64,000 nt of DNA from an uncultured Nitrososphaeraceae archaeon (GTDB lineage Archaea > Thermoproteota > Nitrososphaeria > Nitrososphaerales > Nitrososphaeraceae). The position numbers and the translations under genes were made by a program. The number at the start of each line of letters is the position of its first letter. Within the stretch, counting starts at the first letter, position 1. This document shows positions 21,315 to 32,720 of the stretch, one piece after another. The notes below the pieces were generated by a model. It ran no database searches, was not told the origin of the DNA, and saw only the letters and a list, made by a program, of their open reading frames with translations. Location of the stretch: contig CAWGVG010000021.1 in the NCBI GenBank assembly GCA_963825865.1, positions 169,709 to 233,708 on the forward strand. The letters run 5' to 3'.

Positions 21315-21899
21315 TTATTTCCTTGAAGACATATCTGCTGTTATTTGTTCAATCTTATAGCGCAATGCTTCCTTTACATTATTATTATCTACCATATTAA
21401 GCGATCGTTTGCAATTTGGACATTTGAAAAATACTTCAACAGCAGAGTCGAATTTTACACGAGGACAATCCTTATTTCCACAGTGATAAAACTCAGAAGA
21501 CTCTTCATATTCTAACCGCTTTTGCAACCTATCGAGAATCTTTTTCTTTTGATTATCAATAAAATTATCAACCTGATCCTGTTTTGCACGCCATCTATAT
21601 ACAAACCAGCCTTTCTTCTCATCTTTTACTCTTATACCGGTAATTAGAGCTTTGCCGAACATATCATAGAGAACTTTTCTTATGATGTTAATTCTCAAAC
21701 CAGTAGCACTGGCAATTTCTTCATCAGTTGCATCTTCAGCATTTAAAAGAGCTCGGGCAACCTTGAGATACTCTTCTCCTCCAATTAGACCTGCAATTTT
21801 AACGAAAGAATCTTCGTAACCCAACTGAGCGCATCTAATTGATTGAATCACCATTTTTAGATATATAGTTTTGTTATAGTTGCTATAAATTGACAGCAT
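21315..21899 (-). CDS. tfe: transcription factor E (start probably downstream of 21899)
   Basis: TDEEIASATGLRINIIRKVLY winged helix, GWFVYRW, Zn ribbon FKCPNC. Confidence 0.94.
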   Translation of the reverse strand: MLSIYSNYNKTIYLKMVIQSIRCAQLGYEDSFVKIAGLIGGEEYLKVARALLNAEDATDEEIASATGLRINIIRKVLYDMFGKALITGIRVKDEKKGWFVYRWRAKQDQVDNFIDNQKKKILDRLQKRLEYEESSEFYHCGNKDCPRVKFDSAVEVFFKCPNCKRSLNMVDNNNVKEALRYKIEQITADMSSRK

Positions 21900-22413
21900 C
21901 TGAATAGCAAACTTGACAATATGAGAATATGAAGAACATTTAAGTAAGTTCTGTTGATTCTTCAGGTGTTTGAAGCCGTTGTTGGAGAACGTTGGCAGTA
22001 AAGGAATTTCCCTATCTTTACCATTAGTTGACAGAAATAGCTTGTTCTTCCTTAGTATTAAAATGCAAGTGATAATACTCCTTTAATTGTTATTAAGAGT
22101 TAGAAAACGCTTTATTGCATACCAGAATTTACACATTTGTATCTCGGATTGTCTGAGGATGATTATGTGAACTGATTTCTTCAGGCGGATAATCTTCCAG
22201 AAGGAGTTGAAACGTCAGGCAGATCTATATAAGCAGCAGAATTACTTTACAGAAGAAGGATAGGACTAATCCCAAATGTACAGGAAGTTTATGCTAGAAG
22301 GGAGATCTTGTCCGTTGCGAATGACTTCTAGAACTTTTTTGTTCTTTAAGAGATAGCATAAGCATATCATTATAAGCAAATGAAAGAAGATAAGATAAGC
22401 AATTTTCTATTAC

Positions 22414-22674
22414 TTATCTTCTTATACTCTCGATAAAGAGCATTTCATCGAATTGGTTATACATCTGCAAAAAACGTATACCTTTTTCTGTTGTTCTCAA
22501 GAATTGTCTTCCTTCTTCATATTCCAATAGATCGTTTTCTAATAGGACTGTTAGGTATTCTTTTAGCTGAGCATAGGACAGAAAGGCCTTATACATTATT
22601 TTTGTCTTGGTAGCTCCACCGTTAGCGGCTTCTAGAATCAACCCAACTATATCAGTTCTGCTTCTATATTTCAT
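22414..22674 (-). CDS. winged-helix transcriptional regulator (HTH_45-like)
   Basis: MKYRSRTDIV..IL, ATKTKIMYKAFLSYAQLKEYL, TTEKG. Confidence 0.88.
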   Translation of the reverse strand: MKYRSRTDIVGLILEAANGGATKTKIMYKAFLSYAQLKEYLTVLLENDLLEYEEGRQFLRTTEKGIRFLQMYNQFDEMLFIESIRR

Positions 22675-22983
22675 AACAATGTTGTAATAAAAGATCAAGT
22701 ATTTATGAGAAGCCGTACTATTGATCATAGTATTCGATCGATGAAGTGATCATTCTACTAGATTAAATATGCTCTCATTATAAAATCACTATTTGATGAG
22801 CAAAGGCAAATTGTTAAAAAGTAATCATGGTTCAAAACATAGCATATGTATCCCAATAAACGCTTTTCACCAGTCGAATTTTTAAGAAAAGCAGATTCGT
22901 ATGCTAACATATCTTTTTTGGAACATCTGTCTTTAGGAATTCGTCCTATCGAATCTGAATATATACCCTGACTACAATAAAAT

Positions 22984-24294
22984 ATGCTAAGATGTAGTAC
23001 CAACCAGCAAACTAAGTTGGAAAGGTTGGATAAAGTCAATTGTGCTGGTGTTTTGACTTTGCTATTTGCTAGGATAATATATGCAATAATTTGGTTTAAT
23101 ATTGCCTCTATATTCTCGCATATAGCATCAGACTTCAAAGAGGATGTTTCTATGCTTGGATTAATTACTGCAAGCTTCTTTGTAGGTATAGGTATATTTC
23201 AAGTGCCTGGTGGAATTCTTGCTGCAAAAACAGGGTTCTAAGAAAACTGCAACATATGGAATGACAATAGCTTCATCTGCAGCACTACTTTGTGGTCTAT
23301 CTTCACAGTTACAACAGATAGAAGTATTAAGGTTTGTAGTTGGTCTTGGAATGGCATTTTTCTTTGGTCCCAGCGTTACTTTGATTACACGATACCTGGG
23401 AAGAAGGTCTGAAGGATTAGCAGTCGGACTACTCAATTCAGCTCATTCTATAGGTGGTATCATAGGGCTATTTGGATGGGTAATCATTGCAGAAAGTATA
23501 GGATGGAGGCAAAGCTTACTGGTAAGCGGAGGATTAGGATTGATCAGCAGTCTACTATTAATTGTATTATTGTCAAGAAAAGAACAACAGGAACAACAAG
23601 AATCAGGCAGAGGCTTTGAAATTAAGGTGTCTGATGTTCGCAGAGTGTTATTTGACAAATCTCTCTTTGGATTTGGATTAGTGTTGCTTGGAGCACAGAT
23701 AGCATGGGGTCTAACTTTGACATTTGTTGTGTTTTATTTGGAAGATTATTTGAAGATAAATTCATCAATGGCTGGTTTAGTTGGAAGTTTAAGTCTGATA
23801 TTTGCTCTTGTAGCAGCTCCTGTATTTGGAAGAATCTATGATAGAATTAGAAATATCCAGAAACTTTTGTTTGTCTGCGGCCTGGCAATGTCAATCAGCA
23901 TAGCGGCAATTTCTTCTGCAAATACAAATACATCATCAGCATTGTATATGGTTGTAATTTCAACTGTTCTGGTAGGAATCTTTTCAGCTGGAGTCTTTAC
24001 TATAGCATACGCTTCAGCAAAAGAAGCATATAGAATAGAAGAAGAAATGAAGCAAATGTAGAAAAAAGAAGAACAATAACTCCCCTGCAGCCCGAATACG
24101 ATACCCTTGCCATAAGCTGGGTTAATGGCTTATCGTTGTTTGGTGCTTTTTGGGTTCCAATTATATTTTCATTTATTGTACACCATCTAGGTTATCCTAT
24201 TGCATGGCTACTAGGAGGTATTTTCAGTCTTTTGTTCATATTACCAACACTTGGAATCAAATCATTCAAAGACAAAGACAAAAATGCTGACTAA
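22984..24294 (+). CDS. MFS transporter (frameshifted twice)
   Basis: QVPGGILAAK.G.KK motif A, LRFVVGLG, FGRIYDR; multiple hydrophobic helices over three frames. Confidence 0.85.
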
Positions 24295-25058
24295 ATTCAC
24301 ACCGACATTTATTTCATAAGCAATAAAAATAATTCTATGTGTTTATAGGTGGATATTTGGTTGTCTTGTAAAATATTCATTTTAAGCCTTTGACTGTTAA
24401 CCTCTTCTATATCCAAAACAGATTAGATTTTCTAATACAAACTTCATCAAGTCTAGCCAGATCTGCTTTAGATTGATAAGCAAGATGGTATTGCCGAGGT
24501 AGCTCAAAATTACTCCTGACGTTGTAAGCTTTTGACTAATGTTTGAGCCTGTAATAGCACAAGGTTGATTATCTATGGTTACATTTTAGCAATCATTCTC
24601 TTTTGCGAAGTTTCTTGTTTGATAAGATAGATTGTAGCTTCTTTATCATATAGGCCAGCTCAAATCGCAAATCGGATGAACTTCTACCTTTCAGACATGG
24701 ATCGTTTATTTGCAAATTGCCATAAGTCACCATTTTTAGACATATAGTTACAAACTTAATTTTTTTCTCACTCAACCTCAAATTTGTAATGAATAAATAA
24801 AAAATTAAGGGTTTTTTCGTAAGTCATTAATATATATCCTATGAGCCCTATAATAATAACTAAGATAATATAATAAAAAATAGTTCGAGTTATGTATGGC
24901 GTTCTATCTTTCTATTAGGATAAGTATTACTTCATTCATATCACTCTAAAATAAAATAAAATATGAAGTGCCTCCTAAGTGCAATTTAAATAATAAAGCA
25001 ACTAACCATGCTTTTTGGAGTCACTTTCAGTTATATTATCAATGTCTTCAACAGTGAA

Positions 25059-26478
25059 TTAAAATACCTGTCTTGCTTTTGTAGGTAATCTCAGTTCTAT
25101 TGAATCATTGTAATTGTAATTAATAATGGTAGCGATTTCGCACGTTACCACCTTGTCTTTGGCTTTGGCTATAGTTATAGCGTCTTCCCGACTACCATCG
25201 CCATATCTGGTTCCTCCTCCATAACTCTGCCTGCCTCTGTTATCATTACTATACCTACCTCTGCCTCGGTAAGTGTTGCCACCACCACCACCATAATTAC
25301 GTCTTTGTTGATATCCACCATACAAGCGTTGCCGAACTATAGGCACTTCGATTCCCATTTCTTCATTTAGCTTGCGAATAGGGTGTTCTGTCTGTCTCAA
25401 GACTCTTCCAAAATCTTCAACCCTATCTTGTGAAACCAATGAGATTGCTATACCAGTTCCTCCGGCCCTAGCAGTTCTTCCAATTCTGTGAAAATAAATC
25501 AATGGATCTTCAGGAATGTCATAGTTGATTACATGCCCTACTGCTGGAACATCTATTCCCCTCGCTGCAATGTCAGTAGCTACAAGAATGTCTTCACTTC
25601 CCTTTTTGAATCTATACATTGAGTTGTCTCGCTGCTTTTTGTGAAAGGTCTCCATGAATTGTAATTGCTTTAAATCCTTCCTGTTTCAGTTCGACAGCGA
25701 GTCTCTGCGTTCTTTGTTTGGTGGCTGCGAAAACAATCGTCTGCTTCTTATCTCTGTTCTTGATAAAGTGGCACAGGTACTTGAATTTTTCTCGCTCATG
25801 TATAACCAAGTATGACTGTTGTATAGTGTCAAGACCCACTTCTTCTTTGTTGAGTCTAATTTCCTCAATATTCTTCATATACTCCTGTGCTAACCTCAAT
25901 ATCGCTGGTGGCATAGTCGCGGAGAATAGACATGTTTGTCTGTCTTCATTTATATAGAACAATATGAACTTTATATCGTCAATAAAGCCCATATCGAGCA
26001 TTCTGTCTGCCTCATCAAGAACGACAAAATTTACATCGTCGAGCTGGATTGAACCCTGCTTGACATGATCAATCAACCTGCCAGGAGTTGCAACTACTAT
26101 TTGCACCCCTTTTTTCAGTTGATCGTGTTGAATGTTAATACTCTGTCCTCCATATATGGATACTGTTCTGATTCCAGTATATTTTGCTAATTTATTGATT
26201 TCAGTTGTTACCTGTACTGCTAGTTCCCTTGTTGGCACTAGTATCAGTGCCTGTATTGGGCCATTGCGCTTTACCTTTGTTAGTATAGGTAGCGAAAAAG
26301 CCGCTGTCTTGCCAGTTCCTGTATGCGCCTGGCCTATTACATCTACACCTTTTAAAATAAATGGTATAGCCTCCTCTTGAATAGGAAAAGGCGCTTCAAA
26401 TCCATTTTCTTTGAGTGCTTTGATAATTTCAGCACTCAATCCTAATTGTTGAAATGTTGTTGTTGTTGTTGTTGTCAT
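25059..26478 (-). CDS. DEAD-box RNA helicase with Gly/Arg/Tyr-rich tail (frameshifted; 3' end approximate)
   Basis: Q motif [43 protein letters not shown]. Confidence 0.95.
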
Positions 26479-26597
26479 TTTACCTTCTCACTTTGGAGAA
26501 ATTATACAAAAGCCACGGAAGATATGAGAAGCATTCTACTTAACAGATCCGCCGTAAACCTTTTGCTTGCTTAATCTGCAAATTACAAGCATATAAG
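26479..26597 (-). promoter_or_regulatory. TATA box and probable ~90-nt structured 5' UTR of the DEAD-box helicase
   Basis: minus-strand CTTATATG near 26589-26596; long stem GCAAAAG..TACGG/CCGTGGCTTTTGT and hairpin TTCTC-CAAAGT-GAGAA overlapping the SD-like GAGAAGGT. Confidence 0.5.
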
Positions 26598-26836
26598 GTA
26601 TGCGGACTGTGAAAGACGTTTTCTGTAGAATCAAGTTTATCATGTTCTAAAACTGCCTTTTTTACCAACGTGTATTCTTCATCAATAGCAATTGTAAGTA
26701 TCATAGAATTAATCTACTTTTCATAGAAAAGTATAAAGAAATAACAAGTATTTAACAATCTATACATATAATATCTTGATAGAAAAATAGAATGTTTTAA
26801 ATAACTTGAACAAACCAAATAGTATATACAAGTTCC

Positions 26837-27712
26837 ATGATGACTGAAGGAGATGATCTTCGCGAAAAGAAATTGCGTGGTTCTGGTGGATACGTTTTTG
26901 CAAAAATAACAGAAGAGGAACAGAAAAAAGGAAACCTTGGAGGGCCTGAACTGTTTATAGCAGGAGTAGGTAGATTGGATGAGGATCGATTTTCAAAGTA
27001 TTATTGTAGCAAATGTGAAAGAGAATATGAAGGCTCACCAGCAATTAATTATGAAAACCCAAATGAAGAGCTCGGAGAAGGAGTTACTCTGATGGAAAAA
27101 GGTGAATATAAATGCAGAACCTGCAATAACACATTAGCACAATATCGCAAATTCGATTCCCCTACTACTAATCCTACAACGGTGGTGAAGGAGGAGGAAG
27201 AGGATGATCAGCAGCCTTCCGCATCTGTGCAAGTGCGATCGCCTGAAGTTAATAATAAAAGTGAAGCACCTTCTGGTACTCTTTCCCAACATTCTATTTC
27301 TAGCACTACTTCTGCTACTAAAACAACTACAACATTGACAACTGAAGCAGGCTTTGTTCCGATTCAGTCACTTATTGGTATGCTTGCCTACGATAGTGAA
27401 GCACTACTGGTTGGCAGAGTTCAGGAAATTGGATTACGCAAGTCCTCAGAAGGAAATGCGCAGATCAGTATCAAAATTGTAAATGACGATAATAATAGTA
27501 GTGGTAGTAGTAGTGTTACACAAGCCAACGAAGTTTTTTGGAATAATATTTCAAAAATTGGAGACATTGTTCTTATTGGTAGCAGGACAAAAGTAGGAGC
27601 AACAAATCCTGCCTTTCCTAAGATAAAGGGATTGGGCAAATGTCTCTCATGTGGCTATCAAAATGAAGAAGATGCCATTTTCTGTGAAGAATGTGGAACC
27701 AAGTTAACTTGA
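26837..27712 (+). CDS. Zn-ribbon / PRC-barrel / Zn-ribbon protein
   Basis: CSKC..CRTC, low-complexity linker, LIGMLAYDSEA..VGRV..ISKIGDIVLI (PRC barrel), CLSCG..FCEECG. Confidence 0.75.
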   Translation: MMTEGDDLREKKLRGSGGYVFAKITEEEQKKGNLGGPELFIAGVGRLDEDRFSKYYCSKCEREYEGSPAINYENPNEELGEGVTLMEKGEYKCRTCNNTLAQYRKFDSPTTNPTTVVKEEEEDDQQPSASVQVRSPEVNNKSEAPSGTLSQHSISSTTSATKTTTTLTTEAGFVPIQSLIGMLAYDSEALLVGRVQEIGLRKSSEGNAQISIKIVNDDNNSSGSSSVTQANEVFWNNISKIGDIVLIGSRTKVGATNPAFPKIKGLGKCLSCGYQNEEDAIFCEECGTKLT

Positions 27713-27714
27713 CC

Positions 27715-29862
27715 TCACCTGAGATTAGTTCTTCTCAAACCTATTCTAACATCCACTACACGTGCTCCTTTTCCTTCTTCTAGCACCAGCAACGGATTGA
27801 TATCAAATTCTTCGATTTCAGGAAACTCCGTAACTAACTGCGAAAGTCGCAGGAGGCTATCTACCACAGCTTTCAAATCGGATGATTTTTCTCCCCTGAC
27901 ACCTTTCAGCAGTTTAATAGTCTTTATTGATTCGACCATTCTTGCTGCCTCCTGCTCGTCAATAGGAGCGAGCCTGAACACAACATCTTTGAGAACTTCA
28001 ACATAGATACCACCAAGACCGAACATGACAAGTGGGCCGAATAGTGGATCCCGTTTTGCGCCAAGAATTGTTTCCTTTGCAGATTTTACCATCTCTTGTA
28101 TAAGTACTCCTTTGATCTTTGCATCAGTATTGTATCTCTTGGCATTGTCCATTATTGTTTTAAATGCCATTCTGACTTCATCATCACTTTTCAATCCAAC
28201 TTTAACTCCTCCTATATCAGACTTGTGGACAATATCCGGCGACACAATCTTCATTACAACTGGAAGGCCAATTTCTTTGGCAGCCTTTACGCACTGCTCT
28301 TCACTGGTTCCAAGAATACTTTTTGGAGTAGGAAAGCCATAGGCAGTAAGAACCTCATAACCTTCTTCCTCTAATAGATTTGTTCTTCCCTGTTTTTTCA
28401 CATTATCAAAAACTGCTTTTACATTTTCCTTGTTGACCGTTAACCTTTTTATCTCTTCTTTTGGTCTTGATAGCCAATTTACGAAGCGATACATTGCGTC
28501 CAGAGTTTGGATCGCAGGTTCTGCATACATGAAGTGTGGTATTCCACCATCTGACAGAATCTGCTTATTCTCAGTACCTTCTGCAAGTCCCATCAACGCA
28601 GCAAGCGTTGTCTTGCCTATACCCTTTGATATTTTAACAATCGTTCTTGCCAGTTCATTGTAATCCAAGGTAGCGGACGGAGTACACATGGTAACTACCG
28701 AGCTGACATCTGGATTTGATAATACTTCAACAAGAACTTTTTCAAAGCGGTTAAAGTCAGCATCACCTACTATATCTACAGGATTTCTTGCCGAGCCATG
28801 GGACGGTATTATTCTGGCAATTACTTCTCTTGATGCCGATAGATCAGCCATTTTTAATCCAAATTTTGAGCAAGCATCAGTTGAAATAATAGCAGGTCCT
28901 CCAGCATTTGACACTATTGCAACTCCCCCATTACCTAGAGGTATAGGTTGTTTTGAGAAGGCAGTGGAAAGTTCGAATAGCTCTTGCATTGTATCTACTC
29001 TAATTACTCCAGATTGAGAAAACAGAGCGTCGTAAATTTCATCAGCTCCCATTAATGCTCCTGTATGGGACATTGCAGCCTTTGCACCTTCAGGAGTTCT
29101 GCCCGCTTTCTGTACTATAATCGGTTTCTTCTTTTCCTTTGTAATCTTTTTAGCAATTTCCATAAACTGTCTGCCGTCATGAATATCTTCAAGATACATC
29201 ACGATAACTTTTGTTTCTTGATCCTCGGCTAACAATTCAAGAATATCATTTTCATCCATATCCACCTTGTTACCCATGCTAATTACTTTTGAAAAACCTA
29301 TTCCCTGAGCCATTGCGTCTTCTACAGTGGCCGCGCAAATTGCACCGCTCTGAGATACCAGTGCGATGTTACCATGTTTTGGGGTAACTTTTAAAAAAGT
29401 TGCATTCATCATGTTGTGTTCTGATAGACTCATAATACCAAGACAGTTTGGACCTATGATCCTCGTGCCATACTTTTTACCGATTTCTCCTACTTCTTTT
29501 TCGAGTTTTGCACCTTCTTCACCAACTTCTTTAAATCCAGCCGAAACGATAATTGTGCCTTTGATTTTTTTCTTACCGACTTCTTCTATTACTGCAGGCA
29601 TAATCCTGTTTGGAGTTGCAACTACAGCGAGATCAATATTTTCGGGAACATCAAGAACGCTCTTATAAGCATTAATACCGAAAACAGTAGGATTAGACGG
29701 AGTAATTGGATAAATTTTTCCTTTGTATCCATTTATGATGTTAGAGAAGATTGCCTTACCGACACCCGGTTTTTCAGAAGCGCCTATAACAGCAATAGAT
29801 TGCGGATAAAGAAAGATGCTTTTTGAATCAGCGGACGATGGCATATTGAAAGATAAAATCAC
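27715..29862 (-). CDS. ADP-forming acyl-CoA synthetase, 4-hydroxybutyrate-CoA ligase type (3HP/4HB cycle)
   Basis: PQSIAVIGAS, GPNCLG, SQSGA, SHTGAL phospho-His, NPVD, HKSD ATP-grasp; closely resembles the thaumarchaeal 4HB-CoA ligase as recalled. Confidence 0.88.
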   Translation of the reverse strand: MILSFNMPSSADSKSIFLYPQSIAVIGASEKPGVGKAIFSNIINGYKGKIYPITPSNPTVFGINAYKSVLDVPENIDLAVVATPNRIMPAVIEEVGKKKIKGTIIVSAGFKEVGEEGAKLEKEVGEIGKKYGTRIIGPNCLGIMSLSEHNMMNATFLKVTPKHGNIALVSQSGAICAATVEDAMAQGIGFSKVISMGNKVDMDENDILELLAEDQETKVIVMYLEDIHDGRQFMEIAKKITKEKKKPIIVQKAGRTPEGAKAAMSHTGALMGADEIYDALFSQSGVIRVDTMQELFELSTAFSKQPIPLGNGGVAIVSNAGGPAIISTDACSKFGLKMADLSASREVIARIIPSHGSARNPVDIVGDADFNRFEKVLVEVLSNPDVSSVVTMCTPSATLDYNELARTIVKISKGIGKTTLAALMGLAEGTENKQILSDGGIPHFMYAEPAIQTLDAMYRFVNWLSRPKEEIKRLTVNKENVKAVFDNVKKQGRTNLLEEEGYEVLTAYGFPTPKSILGTSEEQCVKAAKEIGLPVVMKIVSPDIVHKSDIGGVKVGLKSDDEVRMAFKTIMDNAKRYNTDAKIKGVLIQEMVKSAKETILGAKRDPLFGPLVMFGLGGIYVEVLKDVVFRLAPIDEQEAARMVESIKTIKLLKGVRGEKSSDLKAVVDSLLRLSQLVTEFPEIEEFDINPLLVLEEGKGARVVDVRIGLRRTNLR

Positions 29863-29908
29863 GAAAGGAAGGTTATAAATGCATGCTGTTTTTGCTACTC
29901 ATATTCAA

Positions 29909-30960
29909 TAGACCTCTTGCGTAATTGAAAGCTTAGAGCTTTATTCTCCATTGATCCGTTCATATTACATACTCAGTTGATGTCTTACGCTCGCCTATCA
30001 AGAAGGCCGTTGTTATTTAAATCGTTTACTGGACTGGCTGTATCAGAATTTGATGTCATTGCTAAAGAAATAGAATCGAAATATGATGAGCATGAAAGAA
30101 AGCGTCTTTCCAATAGGAAAAGAAAAAGAGATATTGGTGCTGGTAGACCATTCAAGCTGAAAGCCAAAGAAAGATTCTTGATGCTTCTACTAGTCTATTA
30201 CAGACTGTACATTACCTTTACATTATCAGGATTTCTATTTGATCTTGACCAGAGTAATATCTGCAGAGATATATCCATTATAGAACCACTTATCAAGCAG
30301 TGTATCCCGCTGCCAAAGAAGTTGTATAAACGTACAAGAAGGCTTAGAACCATAGATGAAGTTGAGGAGTACTTTCCAGGCTTCAAGGCTTTCATAGATT
30401 CTTCCGAACAGGAGATACCAAGGCCAAAGAACAAAAGGAGAAGGAAGAGCTACTACTCTGGCAAAAAGAGGAAGCATACTATCAAGACACAATATATGGT
30501 AAACAATGAGGGTACCATACTACACAAAACAGGTCATGATGGGGAAGAATACATGATTATGAGATTTTCAAAAATAAACATCCTATAACTCCGCTGCAAG
30601 TTGAAAATGTCCTTGACCTTGGCTACTTGGGGAGTTAAGAATGACTTTCCCACTGTAAAGTATGTACTGCCATTTAGAAAAAAAAGGAAAAGTGAACTCT
30701 CAGATGGAGAAAAGAGATACAATAGAAAGTATTCCAAACTAAGGATAATAGTCGAGCACACGGTAAGCAGAATTAAAAAGTTCGGAATAATGGGTACTAA
30801 ATTTAGAAACAGGCTTGGAAGATATGATCATGCTTCTGACATTGTTTCAGGATTGGTAAATTTCAGAATAATACGAACTAATGGTGGGATGTCACTCTAA
30901 AAAAAGAGCAAAACTGACCATCATGAAGAGATTTTCTTTCGTAATTACGCAATAGATCTA
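29909..30960 (+). mobile_element. IS5-family (ISL2-group-like) insertion sequence
   Basis: imperfect TIRs TAGACCTCTTGCGTAATT / AATTACGCAATAGATCTA with TA at both junctions. Confidence 0.85.
29977..30900 (+). CDS. IS5/ISL2-group transposase (HTH_Tnp_4 + DDE_Tnp_4), frameshifted
   Basis: FKSFTGL, GAGRPFKL, FDLDQSNI, FIDSSEQEIPRP, YSGKKRKHTIK, RIIVEH. Confidence 0.9.
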
Positions 30961-31334
30961 TGGTTCTACTGCTCAATGATACTCCAAGTCTTTTTAATCT
31001 GAACCTGATTCTACTAGTACCAAAGGTCTTTAATCTTAAATCAAGTATTGTTTCTTCTATTTCTTTAGATACTTTGGTTTTGATGCTATGAGGCCTTCTA
31101 GATAGGTCTTTCAACCCGTCTATTCCGTGCTCTATGTATCTATTTTTCCACTTGTAATATGTCTTCCTAGATATTTCGTATTTATTGCAAATATCGCTAA
31201 TACTATTACCAGTCCATTCATGTTCATGAATGAGATTGAATTTTGTTCTAATTTCTATAGAGATTTCCACTTCCTAGCAGAAGTGTTACCTATGTCTGTA
31301 AGCTATATTGTTACCTATGTTAGTAAGTACAACA
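30961..31334 (-). mobile_element. IS481-like element, 5' third only, cut by the IS5 element
   Basis: near-identical to the reverse complement of 44848-45221; TGTTGTAC end at 31334; truncated after LSSRTI. Confidence 0.9.
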
Positions 31335-31754
31335 GCTAAGGAAGCAGTACTATATGCATTTGAAAGTATGATAATCGACAAGATAAAGAACTTTAAAGGA
31401 ATAGACGACTTAACAAGTTATACAAAAACAAGCACTAGATTTACTAATCTAGTCGATAACAAACTTGTATCTTTTGCCAAAGTAATAACAGACAAGGCTC
31501 ACGAGCCGACGGACCGTATTGCTATTAACACGGGGATTATCAAGGAATTATATGAATATGGGATAACCAAGGAGCAATTATCTAATCTCAAAGCATTAGC
31601 TGACTACATGAGTGCAAAACATCGTAAGTCTGATGGTAAAAATGTTATAGAAATATCACAGAAACAGCTAGAAATTTACTTTGGAGAACGGGAAGATGGA
31701 GAGCACAGGGAGCAGAGAGCACAGGGAGTGGTCATATACAAAGAGGTAGGATAG
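31335..31754 (+). pseudogene. C-terminal part of a gene interrupted by IS481
   Basis: open frame starts exactly at the IS end with no start codon of its own. Confidence 0.5.
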
Positions 31755-31758
31755 AAAA

Positions 31759-31956
31759 ATGTCAGAATATCTATGGACTGGTGAAAGTGCTTTCTGTCAT
31801 TGTGGTCATCATGTAAAGGATCATATGACTTGGCATCTTGTACTGGATCCTATATTTGTCTGTAATGGCGAAGACTGCGAAGGACTACAGCGTTGTGGAT
31901 GCAAGGAATTTGTAGCGTATAAAAGAAGAAATAGAGTTAGTTCGACCCGATCCTGA
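31759..31956 (+). CDS. small Cys/His-rich protein
   Basis: CHCGH..DH...C...C....CGCKEF; SD-like GAGGTAGGA upstream. Confidence 0.6.
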   Translation: MSEYLWTGESAFCHCGHHVKDHMTWHLVLDPIFVCNGEDCEGLQRCGCKEFVAYKRRNRVSSTRS

Positions 31957-32380
31957 ATACCTTGATACCTTCCGCTGCAAGTAGGTCATCATAGGAGCCT
32001 GTCCCTTCAAATGTAATTATGACGGAGTGGACTGGCTGCAACATCCTTCTGGTTAGGATCTCTTTGTATATCTTGATCTGACCCATTGCAGCCGAGATAG
32101 AATTCAGCTTGGGCTTGAACTCGCAGAGGATATACCGCTTTTCTCCTTCGTATCCTACTTCTATAAGACAGTCAACTATCGCTAGCAGGTAGGAGCAATT
32201 GTCGGAGTATAATGGAAATTCGATATCCTTTTTCAGAATTCTAAAATCGTCTGAGCCTAGGGCAAACTTGACAACCTCCCTCTGATTGCCTGGTTCAAAT
32301 ATGAATAGATGTATCTGGTCATACTGTACAGTCCTCGTACCACTATTCTTGAGTAACTTGGGTCTTCTGCTAGTAGCCAA
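31937..32380 (-). CDS. PD-(D/E)xK nuclease-like protein
   Basis: IEF...IVDCLI...ILCEFKP....AAMGQIKIYK fits E-D-ExK plus QxxxY. Confidence 0.6.
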   Translation of the reverse strand: MATSRRPKLLKNSGTRTVQYDQIHLFIFEPGNQREVVKFALGSDDFRILKKDIEFPLYSDNCSYLLAIVDCLIEVGYEGEKRYILCEFKPKLNSISAAMGQIKIYKEILTRRMLQPVHSVIITFEGTGSYDDLLAAEGIKVFRIGSN

Positions 32381-32406
32381 TAATATTCCACAAAAATGTT
32401 AGGTAA

Positions 32407-32595
32407 CTACCTAACCGAGCGGATGAAGTATCTCGTGTCTTTCGCTGACCCGCTACGGCTCACCTCTAAAATCGTCTTACCGTTTTTGAGTTCTTCATAT
32501 ATCTTTTGTATATGTAAACGACTAAGTTCTAGCGTTTTTTCCTTTCTGTTGGCATCATTAACTTCTATGACTGTGAACTGTGCTCGTTTGGCCAT
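32407..32595 (-). CDS. small hypothetical protein
   Basis: 62-aa ORF co-oriented just upstream of the nuclease-like gene. Confidence 0.5.
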   Translation of the reverse strand: MAKRAQFTVIEVNDANRKEKTLELSRLHIQKIYEELKNGKTILEVSRSGSAKDTRYFIRSVR

Positions 32596-32720
32596 CTTAC
32601 CATTGAAGTCGGGCTTTTCGACTATGCGTGTGAGGTTAGGCAGAAACTCCTACTAATTTGGTACTTATGGCATAGGCCGTGACAACTCAACTTAATTCAC
32701 TTACTCTACTGCTACTATTA

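Noticed and set aside
25600-25660. programmed frameshifting in the DEAD-box helicase or the IS transposases
   Set aside because: Cannot be told apart from the window-wide indel errors, and the intact IS481 copy has a single ORF.
27797-29668. series of plus-strand ORFs opposite the acyl-CoA synthetase (and similar antisense ORFs elsewhere)
   Set aside because: Shadow ORFs on the antisense strand of well-supported genes, with no motifs.
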